Source: a virus. From it: DNA of 64,000 nucleotides. Each line of letters begins with the position of its first letter. Within the stretch, counting starts at the first letter, position 1. Both the position numbers and the translations under genes were made by a program. Under the pieces are notes generated by a model that saw only the letters and a program-made list of their open reading frames with translations, was not told where the DNA came from and ran no database searches. The DNA is taken from positions 64,001 through 128,000 of IMG/VR virus record IMGVR_UViG_3300034122_002202; one strand, given 5' to 3'. This document shows positions 31,826 through 42,095 of this stretch, one piece after another.

Positions 31826-33740
31826 TTGGTTTCCCCTTTAAAATATTTATACAACCCATTATTTTATCTAAAACTGCAACTCCAAGTATATCAAACTTAA
31901 CCATTCCAATTGACTCTAAATCTGACATTTCCATACCAGCTATCATCTGTTTTGTCTTTTTATCAAATGTCATTGGACATACTTCTGATAAAGGAATATT
32001 GCTAATAACTATACCAGCAGCATGTTTGCCCTGACTTCTTTTTGTTCCTTCTAATCTTATTGCCTGTGCAAATTCCTTTGCTAATCTTCCAGAGTAAGTG
32101 CCATCTTTTTCAATCTTACAATACTCAGATAATCTATCAGGAATATTCTCTAACGCCCACCTTATTATTGAAGAATCTCCATCTTCATCTTTCATGTCTT
32201 GTAGTTGTTCAGATATCTCGGATTCATCTGGAATGTACTTAGTTACATTGTTGCTTTCTTCAAAAGAAAAACCATGAACTCTAAGCACATCTTTTAATGA
32301 TCCACGACCCTGCATACGACTAAATGTTATCATTTGGCAAACATTGCTGCTTCCATACTTTTGTTTTATATATTCTATTACTTTATCACGCTTTGTAATT
32401 GGAAAGTCACAGTCAATATCTGGCAAACTTATACGACCAGCAGAGTTTCTTCCTGCGTTATAGAATCTTTCAAATATAAGAGAATGTTTAATGGGGTCTA
32501 CTTCTGTTATACCCAAGAGGTAAGATATCATGCAGCCAGCACCAGAACCTCTACCTCTACCCATAATCCAACCCTTAGACTTTGCCCAATTGCAATAGTC
32601 TTGCACAATTAAAAAGTATCCAGCCAAACCAGAAGTATCTATAACTTCAAGTTCGTGCTTTATTCTCTCTGTGTATACCTTATATTCATCTGTTTTTGGC
32701 TTTATTGCAGAGAAACGCCTATTCCACCCATCTCTGCATAACTTTCTCAAATAAAGGATCTGAGAAAGACCATCTGGACAAGCAAAGTTTGGTATAGCTG
32801 GTTGGTTTATAAGCGAATAGTTTTCACATAAGCTATCAATTAAACAACAGTTGTTTATTTCATCTTCTTCGTGAAAGCTAGATATTTCTTCAATTGTTGG
32901 AAGATAATATTTATTTGACTTAAAGAATACAGAAAGCCCAAATTCTTCGTTGTTTTCTAATTTGCTATTTACATTCTTAAGAGTTGTTTCCATTGAAGAA
33001 CACAATAAGACCCTTTGATCAGGAGCATCCTCTGGCATAACATAATGAACATCTGGAGTTGCTATTTTTTTAATACCAGTTTTTGCACAAAGTTCTCTCA
33101 GGCATTCAGCAATAACCTTTGATGCAACTAAGTTAGAGCTATCAAACAATTGTATTTCTACAAAAAAATTATCTACCCCAAATATCTCAATGTATTTTGC
33201 ACAAATATTTCCAGCTTCATTTAGCCAGTTGGGTTTGAGCATTTCTTTTATTTCATCATAATCAGTTCTTTTATAAGCCTCTTTATGATCTTCAAATAAA
33301 GAATTAGCCAAATCTGTTCCTGGATGACCAGAAAATGCAATTAAATCACTGCACAGTCCTTTAAAGTCATTTAAGTTTAATCTTGGTTTATAATAAAAAT
33401 AATCTAAGGAATTGGCTAAAGAAGACAAATTAATTAAGTTTTTCCAGCCGTTTAGATTTTTAGCAATGACACACAGGTGAGTTAAGCTTGAGTTTTCTTT
33501 ATTGTGTTCTGTTGCTATATTCTTACAAATATAAAATTCACAACCAATGATTGGTTTTATACCTTGTGAAATACAAGCTTTAGAAAAAGAAATAGCACCA
33601 GATATAGTTCCATGATCAGTTATGGCACATGAAGTATATCCAAGTTCTTTGCATCTTTTTGCTAAAAGATCTGGCTTACTTAATCCGTCTAATAGGCTAT
33701 AATGGGTATGACAATGCAATGGTATCCAATTCATATTCAA
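31818..33740 (-). CDS. dnaE: DNA polymerase III alpha, N-terminal half (PHP + palm/thumb)
   Basis: LHCHTHYSLLDG, ITDHG, GRGSGAG, PDIDCDF, HAAGIVI, KFDILG. Confidence 0.95.
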   Translation of the reverse strand: MNMNWIPLHCHTHYSLLDGLSKPDLLAKRCKELGYTSCAITDHGTISGAISFSKACISQGIKPIIGCEFYICKNIATEHNKENSSLTHLCVIAKNLNGWKNLINLSSLANSLDYFYYKPRLNLNDFKGLCSDLIAFSGHPGTDLANSLFEDHKEAYKRTDYDEIKEMLKPNWLNEAGNICAKYIEIFGVDNFFVEIQLFDSSNLVASKVIAECLRELCAKTGIKKIATPDVHYVMPEDAPDQRVLLCSSMETTLKNVNSKLENNEEFGLSVFFKSNKYYLPTIEEISSFHEEDEINNCCLIDSLCENYSLINQPAIPNFACPDGLSQILYLRKLCRDGWNRRFSAIKPKTDEYKVYTERIKHELEVIDTSGLAGYFLIVQDYCNWAKSKGWIMGRGRGSGAGCMISYLLGITEVDPIKHSLIFERFYNAGRNSAGRISLPDIDCDFPITKRDKVIEYIKQKYGSSNVCQMITFSRMQGRGSLKDVLRVHGFSFEESNNVTKYIPDESEISEQLQDMKDEDGDSSIIRWALENIPDRLSEYCKIEKDGTYSGRLAKEFAQAIRLEGTKRSQGKHAAGIVISNIPLSEVCPMTFDKKTKQMIAGMEMSDLESIGMVKFDILGVAVLDKIMGCINILKGKPNE

Positions 33741-33762
33741 TCCTTAAATTTTTTTCAATTAA

Positions 33763-34530
33763 TTAATTTCTTAAGTAGTTCCTAATTACATGTACTGACC
33801 AATCTTCCCAGTTTATATCTGATATTACCGTTGTTTTTGTATGTTTGAATTCGCCATTTGCAAGAGCTTTATCAATTGGATTAAGCGAAGTTCCGTCTTT
33901 TAAGTGAACATGAAAAACAACGCCAAAATGAACAGCGTTAACTGTAGACGAATCGTCATTTATAACACCAACCAATCTTACAGAATGAGGATCTGAAAAT
34001 TGAACTTCTTCTTCTATCTCTCTTTTGCAAGCATTACCTATTGTTTCAATGTTATTTCCATCGCAAGGATTAACATGACCACCAACACCAACAGACCATA
34101 GATCATGAAGCCTATTTTCAGAACCATGTTTTGATCTTTGATAGACAAATAGCTGATCGTTTTTTGTAAAAATACAATAAGGAATTACTTGTTTATAGTT
34201 TAAGTCATTTTCTGCAATATCTCTGTCTATATAGAATAAGTTTTCTGGAACAAGAATTTTATTTTTAATTTTAGAAGATTTTTCTCCAGTTAACATTCCT
34301 TGAAACGATAATTCTTCAGTTAACAATTCTTTTTTAAAGACTAAAACTTTCTCGCCATTGTACTTTGAAATATACTCTGGTTCTTTTGAAACAATTAGTT
34401 TTCCTTCTTCATCATAATTTGGATAGTCTTGATCTGTAGGAGATTCTTCTGGACTAAATGTTGTAGAAGTTGATGTTTGCATTGATTTTTCAAAAATAGC
34501 TTCTATCCACTTTTTACTTTTTGACATCAT
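33763..34530 (-). CDS. NUDIX-family phosphoesterase
   Basis: YKQVIPY, ENRLH, GVGGHVN, REIEEEV, GVINDD...VHFG; start trimmed to avoid overlap. Confidence 0.85.
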   Translation of the reverse strand: MMSKSKKWIEAIFEKSMQTSTSTTFSPEESPTDQDYPNYDEEGKLIVSKEPEYISKYNGEKVLVFKKELLTEELSFQGMLTGEKSSKIKNKILVPENLFYIDRDIAENDLNYKQVIPYCIFTKNDQLFVYQRSKHGSENRLHDLWSVGVGGHVNPCDGNNIETIGNACKREIEEEVQFSDPHSVRLVGVINDDSSTVNAVHFGVVFHVHLKDGTSLNPIDKALANGEFKHTKTTVISDINWEDWSVHVIRNYLRN

Positions 34531-35545
34531 TATTCTCCCTGTTAGATTGACCGCCACCATCGCCATAAGAAACAACTGTTTTTTTATTGGCATATTTAGT
34601 ATACGCAACATTCATGCCCAATTGTATAAGTTCTTTATTCATAAAGTCACATATTGATTTTTCTGTGTCTTCATATTTTTCTTTATAAAATCTACAAAGC
34701 TTCTCACATTTCCACTTATCCTTACCATAATCTATAATTCTTGATGGAAAATGGCAAGACTTTATTTTTTCAAATTCATACCTAATCATTTCAATTGTTG
34801 TTTTTATATCTTCTTTATGAAAACACAATGTAAAAGGACCACCGGCTTTATTAAAAAAAATAGTAATAATTATATTTTCTTCGTCTGGATAAAGCTTGTT
34901 TAATGCATAATGATAAAGTCTTAATTGAAAGTCTTTATAAAAATCATCGTAGTTTTTTTCTTTTCCAGTTGCCCAGTTTTTTCTTTCTCCTGTTTTCCAG
35001 TCTATGTACTCTATTGTTTTTTTGTCTACTCTAGTTATTAAGTCCATTGTTCCTTTGATTCTAAGATTTCCAGACATAACAGTACCATCATCTAAGTAGT
35101 ATTCGTATTTAGCCCAAGGTTCTTCAATCTCTATATCAAAATACTGCTCTGGTTGCTCAATTTTTCTAGATAAAGGTGAAAACATACCATTGTTAAACAA
35201 CAAGGTATCCCAAGTCCACTTAGAACATTCTTTTAGATCTTTGTCATCCCATTCATGAATGCTTTTATTTTTATAATGATTAAAGGCAGACAGTATGGCA
35301 CTTTCTGGAGAAATATCTATTGTGGAAAAAGTTTCTTTTAATTCACCATCTGTAAATGTAGATGTTTCATTTTGTAGGCAAAGCTTTTTATTTGCCAACA
35401 ATTCTAATGCTTTATGAACAACATTGCCTTTTTCCGCTTTTTTATTGGAATCATCTTGAAAGCCTAAGTTGTAAGTTAGCCAGTACTTATGTTGACACCA
35501 TGCGTAAGAACTTACAGAACTAGACCTTAGATAAGTTATGATCAT
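34514..35545 (-). CDS. PD-(D/E)XK exonuclease, Cas4/AddB-like
   Basis: KGNVVHKALE, E, GTMDL, IDWKTG, QLRLY; 1+3 Cys arrangement. Confidence 0.85.
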   Translation of the reverse strand: MIITYLRSSSVSSYAWCQHKYWLTYNLGFQDDSNKKAEKGNVVHKALELLANKKLCLQNETSTFTDGELKETFSTIDISPESAILSAFNHYKNKSIHEWDDKDLKECSKWTWDTLLFNNGMFSPLSRKIEQPEQYFDIEIEEPWAKYEYYLDDGTVMSGNLRIKGTMDLITRVDKKTIEYIDWKTGERKNWATGKEKNYDDFYKDFQLRLYHYALNKLYPDEENIIITIFFNKAGGPFTLCFHKEDIKTTIEMIRYEFEKIKSCHFPSRIIDYGKDKWKCEKLCRFYKEKYEDTEKSICDFMNKELIQLGMNVAYTKYANKKTVVSYGDGGGQSNRENNDVKK

Positions 35546-36173
35546 TTTTAATCCAATTTATTTGTTTTAGTTTTCTAATCAATTCAAATTGTTGTTGTTC
35601 TTTAGACATATTTTCGTTATTTAAAATAATGTCAAATTTACTTGTACATTTATCTATTTCATTTTCACTTATATGACTATCATTATCTGTGCTTCTTGTT
35701 AACCTAATAACTATTCCACCAGCATCTTTAATGCTATCAATTTCATTTTCAAATCTTGCATCAGTAATAAAATTTAATGGACAATTTTGTTTGCTTATTG
35801 CATTAAAACAAGCGTTGATGTGTATTGATTTATTCATTTTTCTGGCTATTCCAGTTCCAAATTCTTGTAAGAATTCTCTAGCTGTCATTTGTCCTATAGG
35901 TGGATTTAAATTATTATATTTTATTTCACTATAATGAGGTAAGTCTTCCCATAAATAACTTGTGAGTGAGTTTTTATCTTCTAAAGATCCAAAAACCTGT
36001 TTGTGTTTTAATCCAAAAAAGTTGATTGCTACTGACTTCATTGTTTGAGCAAAAGAGAACATGCATGAATCACAACCAAAAAGCCTTAAAGAATTAAGAG
36101 AAAGAAATCCAGCTAAAGTATCTTTGCCAGAACCTTTTCTTCCAGAAAAACCTATCAATCTTTGAATTGTCAT
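35520..36173 (-). CDS. Deoxynucleoside monophosphate kinase
   Basis: GFSGRKGSGKDT, REFLQEFGT, ITDARFENE, HISE. Confidence 0.9.
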   Translation of the reverse strand: MTIQRLIGFSGRKGSGKDTLAGFLSLNSLRLFGCDSCMFSFAQTMKSVAINFFGLKHKQVFGSLEDKNSLTSYLWEDLPHYSEIKYNNLNPPIGQMTAREFLQEFGTGIARKMNKSIHINACFNAISKQNCPLNFITDARFENEIDSIKDAGGIVIRLTRSTDNDSHISENEIDKCTSKFDIILNNENMSKEQQQFELIRKLKQINWIKNDHNLSKV

Positions 36174-37300
36174 TAATACGAGTTCCTTTCAATCAAAGGC
36201 TTAATCATGCTGTTTATTTGCTCATTGCTAAGATCACCTGGATCTTTAATGCCATCTGGCAGAGATGGGCATACTATTTTAAACATTCTAGAAAGAGATG
36301 AATTTAATTTATTCGAGGCACTATTGCCAGCTTTATCTGAGTCAAAAAGCAATATTAATGTAGTAGCACCAGAAGATTCAAGCAAAACCTGTTGTGTATC
36401 TGTAAGAGAAGAGCCAAAAACAGCAACAACATTGTGTATTCCGTTTTCAACAAATTTCCATACATCTGCTGGACCTTCAACTAATATAACTATTCCAGTT
36501 TTTTTAATCTCATCTTTAGCATTACCAAAATTATAAAGATAATTCTTTTTTGAAAATCCTTTATTGTGAATCCATTTACTAATAATAGTTTGTGGATCAC
36601 AGATTTCATTTTCATGATAGTTACTGCATTTACTGCATTTATCAAGTATTGTTCTTCCAGTAAAACCTACAATTGTTTTATTGTCTGAATCATATACTGG
36701 AACTACTGCTCTTTTCCTAAAGAATCTATTGTCTGATTTTGATTCCCCAATGTCATACATATCTAATATGTGTGCAGAATAGCCTCTAGACACAAAGTAT
36801 TTTGATGGTATATCAAGTCTTTCTCTTACAACTTTTTTAGTGTATAAAAATTCTTTTTGTTTTTTAACAGTTGTAAATAAGTGTGCATGTTTATCAAAAG
36901 CATGAGAAGGAACATCGTCTTTTATACTGGAAAGATCTATCTTTAATAAACCACAAAGAGAAGCAATTGTGTCTGAAAAACTAACTGTTCTATCTCCAAC
37001 CTTTGACCAACCATACTTTTTATTACTCATTACTCCACGGAAAAATCCTATAGATGTATTTATAAATGTGTTTTCGCAATGATGTGTATAACAAACCCAA
37101 TTGCCAACTCTTGTATGTCCAGACATAAAAAGATTTACTGCTGTTCTATTATCCCCACCATGAACTGGACAAGCACACACTATTGAGTCCGAAACGGATT
37201 TATATTGAATATTAAAATAGTCCATAAGAAATTCTATTTTATCGCATATTACAGCATTTAAATATTCATTCTTAGTTATTTCAGTTGACTTCGATTTCAT
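36173..37300 (-). CDS. dnaG: DNA primase (Zn finger + TOPRIM)
   Basis: CPVHGGDN, GFTGR, LVEGPADV, FDSDKAG, KDPGD. Confidence 0.92.
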   Translation of the reverse strand: MKSKSTEITKNEYLNAVICDKIEFLMDYFNIQYKSVSDSIVCACPVHGGDNRTAVNLFMSGHTRVGNWVCYTHHCENTFINTSIGFFRGVMSNKKYGWSKVGDRTVSFSDTIASLCGLLKIDLSSIKDDVPSHAFDKHAHLFTTVKKQKEFLYTKKVVRERLDIPSKYFVSRGYSAHILDMYDIGESKSDNRFFRKRAVVPVYDSDNKTIVGFTGRTILDKCSKCSNYHENEICDPQTIISKWIHNKGFSKKNYLYNFGNAKDEIKKTGIVILVEGPADVWKFVENGIHNVVAVFGSSLTDTQQVLLESSGATTLILLFDSDKAGNSASNKLNSSLSRMFKIVCPSLPDGIKDPGDLSNEQINSMIKPLIERNSY

Positions 37301-38741
37301 CTGGCAATCCTTCCACTACAAAACCATTATTCTGTCTTGTAGACTGAGATTTAAAAATTTGACTTCTAGTTGGACCTTCTTCTATTTTTCCAAATTCATA
37401 ATTAGCAAATATATTTATATAATCGCCTTGATCCATTCCTTTGCCATGTCTTGCAACAACAGGAACTAATTTCAAATTGTATCTAATCTTATCCTGAGAG
37501 AATCCTTCATCTGCCATTTCCTCTTCACTTTTCCTTTTATAGATTGAAAAGTTGGAACATAGCCAAAGTATTCTGTCAGAACCAGATGCTACATCAGTAT
37601 CTTCACGATTAATACCATCTCTGTTTAGCTGAGTAAACGCTAAACATGAAGCATTATATTGAACCATAAAGTTATGTAGGTTTGTCATTAAAAAGCCAAG
37701 AGCTTGATATTCTGCCATATTTTTACCAATGCCAGAATCATCCATTAGCTTTATATAGTCATATATGATTAAACATGGGTTTGCTTTTCCAGAATCATCA
37801 AGACCAACATCTTTAATTACCCATCTTCTAGCCATACTTATAACTTCATCAAAGCTTTTTCCTGCAATAGACTTGTATTGAAATGGCATTTCTTTAATTT
37901 TTTCAATAGCCTTTTTAATACTATTTCTTTTTGAAACATCTTTTGAGAATAAACCGCTTTCAATTTCTTCTATTTTAACTCCAGACATACAAGCCAATAT
38001 TCTATGCCAATGATCTTTCTCCGTCATTTCTGTATCAAGCATTAAGACTGGAATCTTGTTTGACGATACGCTAATGCCAACATTGTCAGCAAAAAAGCTT
38101 TTACCAGTTTTCATTCTAGCACCGATAAGATTCACTGTTCCTGGCCTAAATCCACCCCCAATAGCCATATCATATGCTTTGAATCCAGAGGAAATACCCA
38201 ACTGTGAAATTGGATTTGACTCTAAATACTCAACATATTCTTCTATGCCATCGCTCATTAGTTTTGGATTAGGATCTTCGGAGTTTGAAATCTTAAATGT
38301 TGCATCTAAAACACATGATTCTGCAATAGAAATAATGTGGCTTATAGGCTCATCGCCAGTCACATTTTCAAGTGTGTTTGCACCATTGATTAGATTTAAA
38401 GACAGGTTTTTGGCAATGCTCAACTTTTTAAGCTTTGCTGCACTTTTTCTGGCATTAACTAATTCAACTGGAAAACTGGTTAGTGATCTTAAATACTTTG
38501 CCTGTTCTGATGTCTTAAAAAACTGTGATAAGTTTAAAGATTCAGCAGTAGAAATAACTGTTGGTATATCTACCCTTGAACTCTTATCAGTAATTATTTT
38601 TGAAAAACATTTGAATATAGCAGCATTGTCATCGCTAGAAAAACAGTTTTCATCAATAATATCTGCAACTTCAATAAAACAATCGTAGCCTTTCTGAAAA
38701 AGTCCAGCTAAGACCACTCTTTCTGCACCTACATCTATCAT
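37281..38741 (-). CDS. dnaB: Replicative DNA helicase
   Basis: AERVVLAG, GARMKTGKS, DTEM, YDYIKL, TQLNR. Confidence 0.92.
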   Translation of the reverse strand: MIDVGAERVVLAGLFQKGYDCFIEVADIIDENCFSSDDNAAIFKCFSKIITDKSSRVDIPTVISTAESLNLSQFFKTSEQAKYLRSLTSFPVELVNARKSAAKLKKLSIAKNLSLNLINGANTLENVTGDEPISHIISIAESCVLDATFKISNSEDPNPKLMSDGIEEYVEYLESNPISQLGISSGFKAYDMAIGGGFRPGTVNLIGARMKTGKSFFADNVGISVSSNKIPVLMLDTEMTEKDHWHRILACMSGVKIEEIESGLFSKDVSKRNSIKKAIEKIKEMPFQYKSIAGKSFDEVISMARRWVIKDVGLDDSGKANPCLIIYDYIKLMDDSGIGKNMAEYQALGFLMTNLHNFMVQYNASCLAFTQLNRDGINREDTDVASGSDRILWLCSNFSIYKRKSEEEMADEGFSQDKIRYNLKLVPVVARHGKGMDQGDYINIFANYEFGKIEEGPTRSQIFKSQSTRQNNGFVVEGLPDEIEVN

Positions 38742-39223
38742 CTTCTCACCGCTTTTTTCATGCAAGGAACACATATAAATCCAGAAGATTCATTATCTCT
38801 AGATTTAAACGCATATTCCTCTGAGGTTATTTCCATAGTATTGGAACATTTTGTACAGTTAACGCTTTGAAATCCAGAAGATTCATCTACTGGCCTTCTG
38901 TATTTCTTAGGTTGTAAATCTTTAGATTGCTCTTCAATAAAAGAACATTCTAAAGTTTGATCATCTACAAATTTGTTTTGAAATACTGGTCTAGCAACTG
39001 ATTCTTTTGTCTTTGCTGCACTATTATTCGTATTGATCATGAATTTATTCAATTGGGCATCATCGTTTTTAATTGTTTCAACAACAACTTCTTTTTTTTG
39101 TTCAACCACTTTTTCTTTTTTATTATTGAGCACCACAACGCCAGCCAAATCCTGCAATACTTCATCTACTAATACCCAATCGCTTTTTTGTATTGCTTCT
39201 TTTAATTTAGATATTACGCTCAT
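38738..39223 (-). CDS. Hypothetical protein with C-terminal CxxC..CxxC
   Basis: CTKC...CVPC. Confidence 0.65.
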   Translation of the reverse strand: MSVISKLKEAIQKSDWVLVDEVLQDLAGVVVLNNKKEKVVEQKKEVVVETIKNDDAQLNKFMINTNNSAAKTKESVARPVFQNKFVDDQTLECSFIEEQSKDLQPKKYRRPVDESSGFQSVNCTKCSNTMEITSEEYAFKSRDNESSGFICVPCMKKAVRR

Positions 39224-39719
39224 TATTTTTCCTTTTGTTGTAAGAAAGATTAGAAAATGTATCAGAAACCTTTTCTACTCTTATAGGTAAATATTCTGTC
39301 CTGTCTATTCTTGCTTGTATCTTTACTGCAAGCATTTTTACTTTTTGTGCATAATCATCATCTTTAACTGATAATGCCATTCTTTCATCTGGAGAGAAGT
39401 ATCTATAATCTGTAAGTTTAGACGAAATAGCTTTTAATATCTTTTCGTTACACCATCTTAATTTTGCTTTTTCTCTGTTGAGCATTCTAGATAAATGAAA
39501 GGAGAAGCTATTTAATAGAACACAAGCTTCTGCACAATCTTCAGAAGACATTTTTTTTAACTCTTCTTGCGAAAGATATAGGTACTTCATACAAGTAAAT
39601 TCTAAATCTTTAGGGATTGAGGATAAACCTATTGAATTTTCATAGCTATCTAAAAGAGAATCAAATTTTTCTTCTTCGCTAACCTTCAATTCTTTTTCGC
39701 CATTGTTGTTCTGATTCAT
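39207..39719 (-). CDS. Helical hypothetical protein (possible UvsY-like recombination mediator)
   Basis: Size, all-helical character and position near RecA; function is inference. Confidence 0.4.
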   Translation of the reverse strand: MNQNNNGEKELKVSEEEKFDSLLDSYENSIGLSSIPKDLEFTCMKYLYLSQEELKKMSSEDCAEACVLLNSFSFHLSRMLNREKAKLRWCNEKILKAISSKLTDYRYFSPDERMALSVKDDDYAQKVKMLAVKIQARIDRTEYLPIRVEKVSDTFSNLSYNKRKNNERNI

Positions 39720-40077
39720 TGAATGGTAACTCTATAAGGTAAATGTTGTTTTTTTCACACCACTCTATTTTATTTTTATCATTTTTTTTGGAATGATAAA
39801 AGTTCAACATTGTATTATGAAAAAAGGGTATGAATTTGTAGTGTTGTTCCCCATGAACTTCAACTATTGTTTTCCTCAATGGCAACCAAAAGTCTGCTGC
39901 TAAACCTCCAGAACCAGGCAAAGTTGCTTCTTCTAAGATTCTGTCCATTGGATACATTGCTTTAAGTATAGATCTAGCCAATAAATGCAATGAAGATCTA
40001 GGTTTAGAATCATCATGATCTGGAACATTGCCAGAAGTCCAAGAGTAAGTTTTACCATCAAGACCTATTACTTTCAC
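39679..40077 (-). CDS. Vsr/DUF559-like PD-(D/E)XK endonuclease
   Basis: ADFWLP..IVEVHGEQHY...D.NKIEWC. Confidence 0.75.
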   Translation of the reverse strand: MKVIGLDGKTYSWTSGNVPDHDDSKPRSSLHLLARSILKAMYPMDRILEEATLPGSGGLAADFWLPLRKTIVEVHGEQHYKFIPFFHNTMLNFYHSKKNDKNKIEWCEKNNIYLIELPFNESEQQWRKRIEG

Positions 40078-42095
40078 GATATAATAGCCTTAATTTCTTT
40101 TTCTAAAGCAGCAATCCACTTAGGATTTTCTAACAATAATTTATACATTTTTTCTGCACCTTGAGTTTTAACTAACTTAATAGTAGCATCATCCCAAGCT
40201 TCAGCTTTCAGTAGCTTTAAATGTCTTTCCATAAAATCTAATGTCATCCAAGCACCAGCTTTGTTTATAAGGCCAAGCTGACAACCTAAATTAATTGCTT
40301 CGTATGTATTATCTATTCCAATACCATATCTTATATAACTATCTACTTCCATTCCTGGTGACCCTAAAGAACAAGATTCAATTAGCCAATGCACTTGCTG
40401 GCCAATTTGCTTGTCTTTTCCTTCACCACCAACAGTCCAAGGCTTATCAGACTTTACCCTCATTTGAACATCTGCCTGATATTGCAATGTTCTAGAACCC
40501 TTTTCTGTATAACCACCATACATACCTTGAGATTGCGTTAGATGCATAATCGCCCAAACCATACAGTTTTGTACTGGCACTATATTGGCTGCTTGTCTAC
40601 AAAAACCAGCAAAAAGCTTATTACCAGCCCCTCTATTCTCATAGCCAATACCTTGATCCATTTCCTTCTCATCACATAGAGCAGAAACGCTATCTATAAT
40701 GATCAGGCTACCTGGATGGGTATTGATGGCTTTAAAGGCCAGATTTAGGTAGTCCTTTGCGGTAAGAATCTTATCTTGAGTAGATCTATAGATTGTCATT
40801 TTATTCAAATCTAAGCCAGCTATGCCCCTTAGATTCATAGGCTTTAATCTACCCTCTATGTTTAGATAATACACATGTCTAGAACCATTCTCTGGTTTTT
40901 GACATTGAGCAGCAAAAGATAGTGAGGTAAGCGTGTTATGAGTTACAACAAAATTGTCTGTTAAATACAAACCGCTTTTATCTCTAACTGAGATACAAAC
41001 ACTTTGTTCTCTTCTTGTTTTTACTACAGATATTATTTTTCTGGATAAATTGTTTTTTACATCTTTCTTTTTAAACTTCTCTTTTTTAAATTCAAACAAT
41101 TTTTTTTTATTTTTAATTATAATAGAACAATAATAAATAAAGTTGTCTTCATTGTTTTGATGTCTAGATATTAAACATATTCCACCTAAAGATTGAACTA
41201 ATAGCCTAAAGTCTTCAGCAAATTGCTTTGATGAAACTGTAACAATTGGAGTTTCTGTTTTTGTTATATGTGCAAAGCTGAGTATTCCTTGCAGTAAAGA
41301 CATTCTGTTTTCTACTGAATTATATAAATAATTTGGTGGTATAAATTTTTGAGATGTTTTTTTACCAAGAAGACCTAGCTCTCTTAACTCATCATGTATG
41401 TTTATTGTTAATTGATTTTCTTGTTTTGTGTAAGGTATCTTGGCTCCATTCATTAGATCGCAAATGCGATCACAAAGCTTTTCATCCTCAATCAATGCAG
41501 TAATTTTTTTATTAAAAAATCCAACAGTAAGCAAAGCACCAAATACAAATGGGTTTATTGGAATCTTAATCGGATTAAATTTTGCTGGTGCTGTTATTGG
41601 TATTGAATACTTAGCTTTAGTGCTTTTGCCTATATATATTTTGTTCATAAAATCTTTTAACATTACAGTTTTATAAGATTTTTGTTCTCTAGTTTTTATA
41701 TTCCATAAATGATTTTCGCCACACTCTGCTGTTGAACCATCTGAAAATGTTACTGTATAAACATCTTTTACCCCTTGTGGATAAATACCACAAACCATAG
41801 ATGTTGTTCCATTTGGGCAACAAATCATTTCTCCATATGTGATATCGCCAATTCTTTTTGGCCCATTAGCTGTATAAACTATGGCAGAGACAGGTTGTTC
41901 TTTCCCACTTTTTGGGTGTCCAGAGCATGTGATCCAAGAACCTTCTGGTATTCCACCATGCAAACCCAAGTTTAATGCTGGAGATAAAGGTATTACATGT
42001 TTTTCTTCATCCAATAAGTCGTTAGCGTTTATAGCAATACCTTTGCCATACTGTTTATCCACTTCTTTTAGGATTTTTTCAAGATTGTCACTCAT
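40074..42095 (-). CDS. recA: RecA/UvsX recombinase containing an intein (351 aa after splicing)
   Basis: GGIPEG, Walker A GHPKSGK|T split by intein, IIIDSVSAL, YGIGID, KAGAW. Confidence 0.92.
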   Translation of the reverse strand: MSDNLEKILKEVDKQYGKGIAINANDLLDEEKHVIPLSPALNLGLHGGIPEGSWITCSGHPKSGKEQPVSAIVYTANGPKRIGDITYGEMICCPNGTTSMVCGIYPQGVKDVYTVTFSDGSTAECGENHLWNIKTREQKSYKTVMLKDFMNKIYIGKSTKAKYSIPITAPAKFNPIKIPINPFVFGALLTVGFFNKKITALIEDEKLCDRICDLMNGAKIPYTKQENQLTINIHDELRELGLLGKKTSQKFIPPNYLYNSVENRMSLLQGILSFAHITKTETPIVTVSSKQFAEDFRLLVQSLGGICLISRHQNNEDNFIYYCSIIIKNKKKLFEFKKEKFKKKDVKNNLSRKIISVVKTRREQSVCISVRDKSGLYLTDNFVVTHNTLTSLSFAAQCQKPENGSRHVYYLNIEGRLKPMNLRGIAGLDLNKMTIYRSTQDKILTAKDYLNLAFKAINTHPGSLIIIDSVSALCDEKEMDQGIGYENRGAGNKLFAGFCRQAANIVPVQNCMVWAIMHLTQSQGMYGGYTEKGSRTLQYQADVQMRVKSDKPWTVGGEGKDKQIGQQVHWLIESCSLGSPGMEVDSYIRYGIGIDNTYEAINLGCQLGLINKAGAWMTLDFMERHLKLLKAEAWDDATIKLVKTQGAEKMYKLLLENPKWIAALEKEIKAIIS
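40935..41900 (-). mobile_element. Class 3 intein (322 aa) with degenerate LAGLIDADG endonuclease
   Basis: Starts EQPVSAIVYT; block B ECGENHLW; block F VCISV; ends VTHN|T. Confidence 0.9.

Noticed and set aside
29286-33740. Split intein in DnaE, or dnaE pseudogene
   Set aside because: No intein blocks at either break; both halves keep catalytic and structural motifs and are coupled to neighbours.
34514-35545. Cas4-like nuclease as evidence of a CRISPR system
   Set aside because: No repeat-spacer array or other cas genes seen; it sits in the replication block as is common for phage exonucleases.
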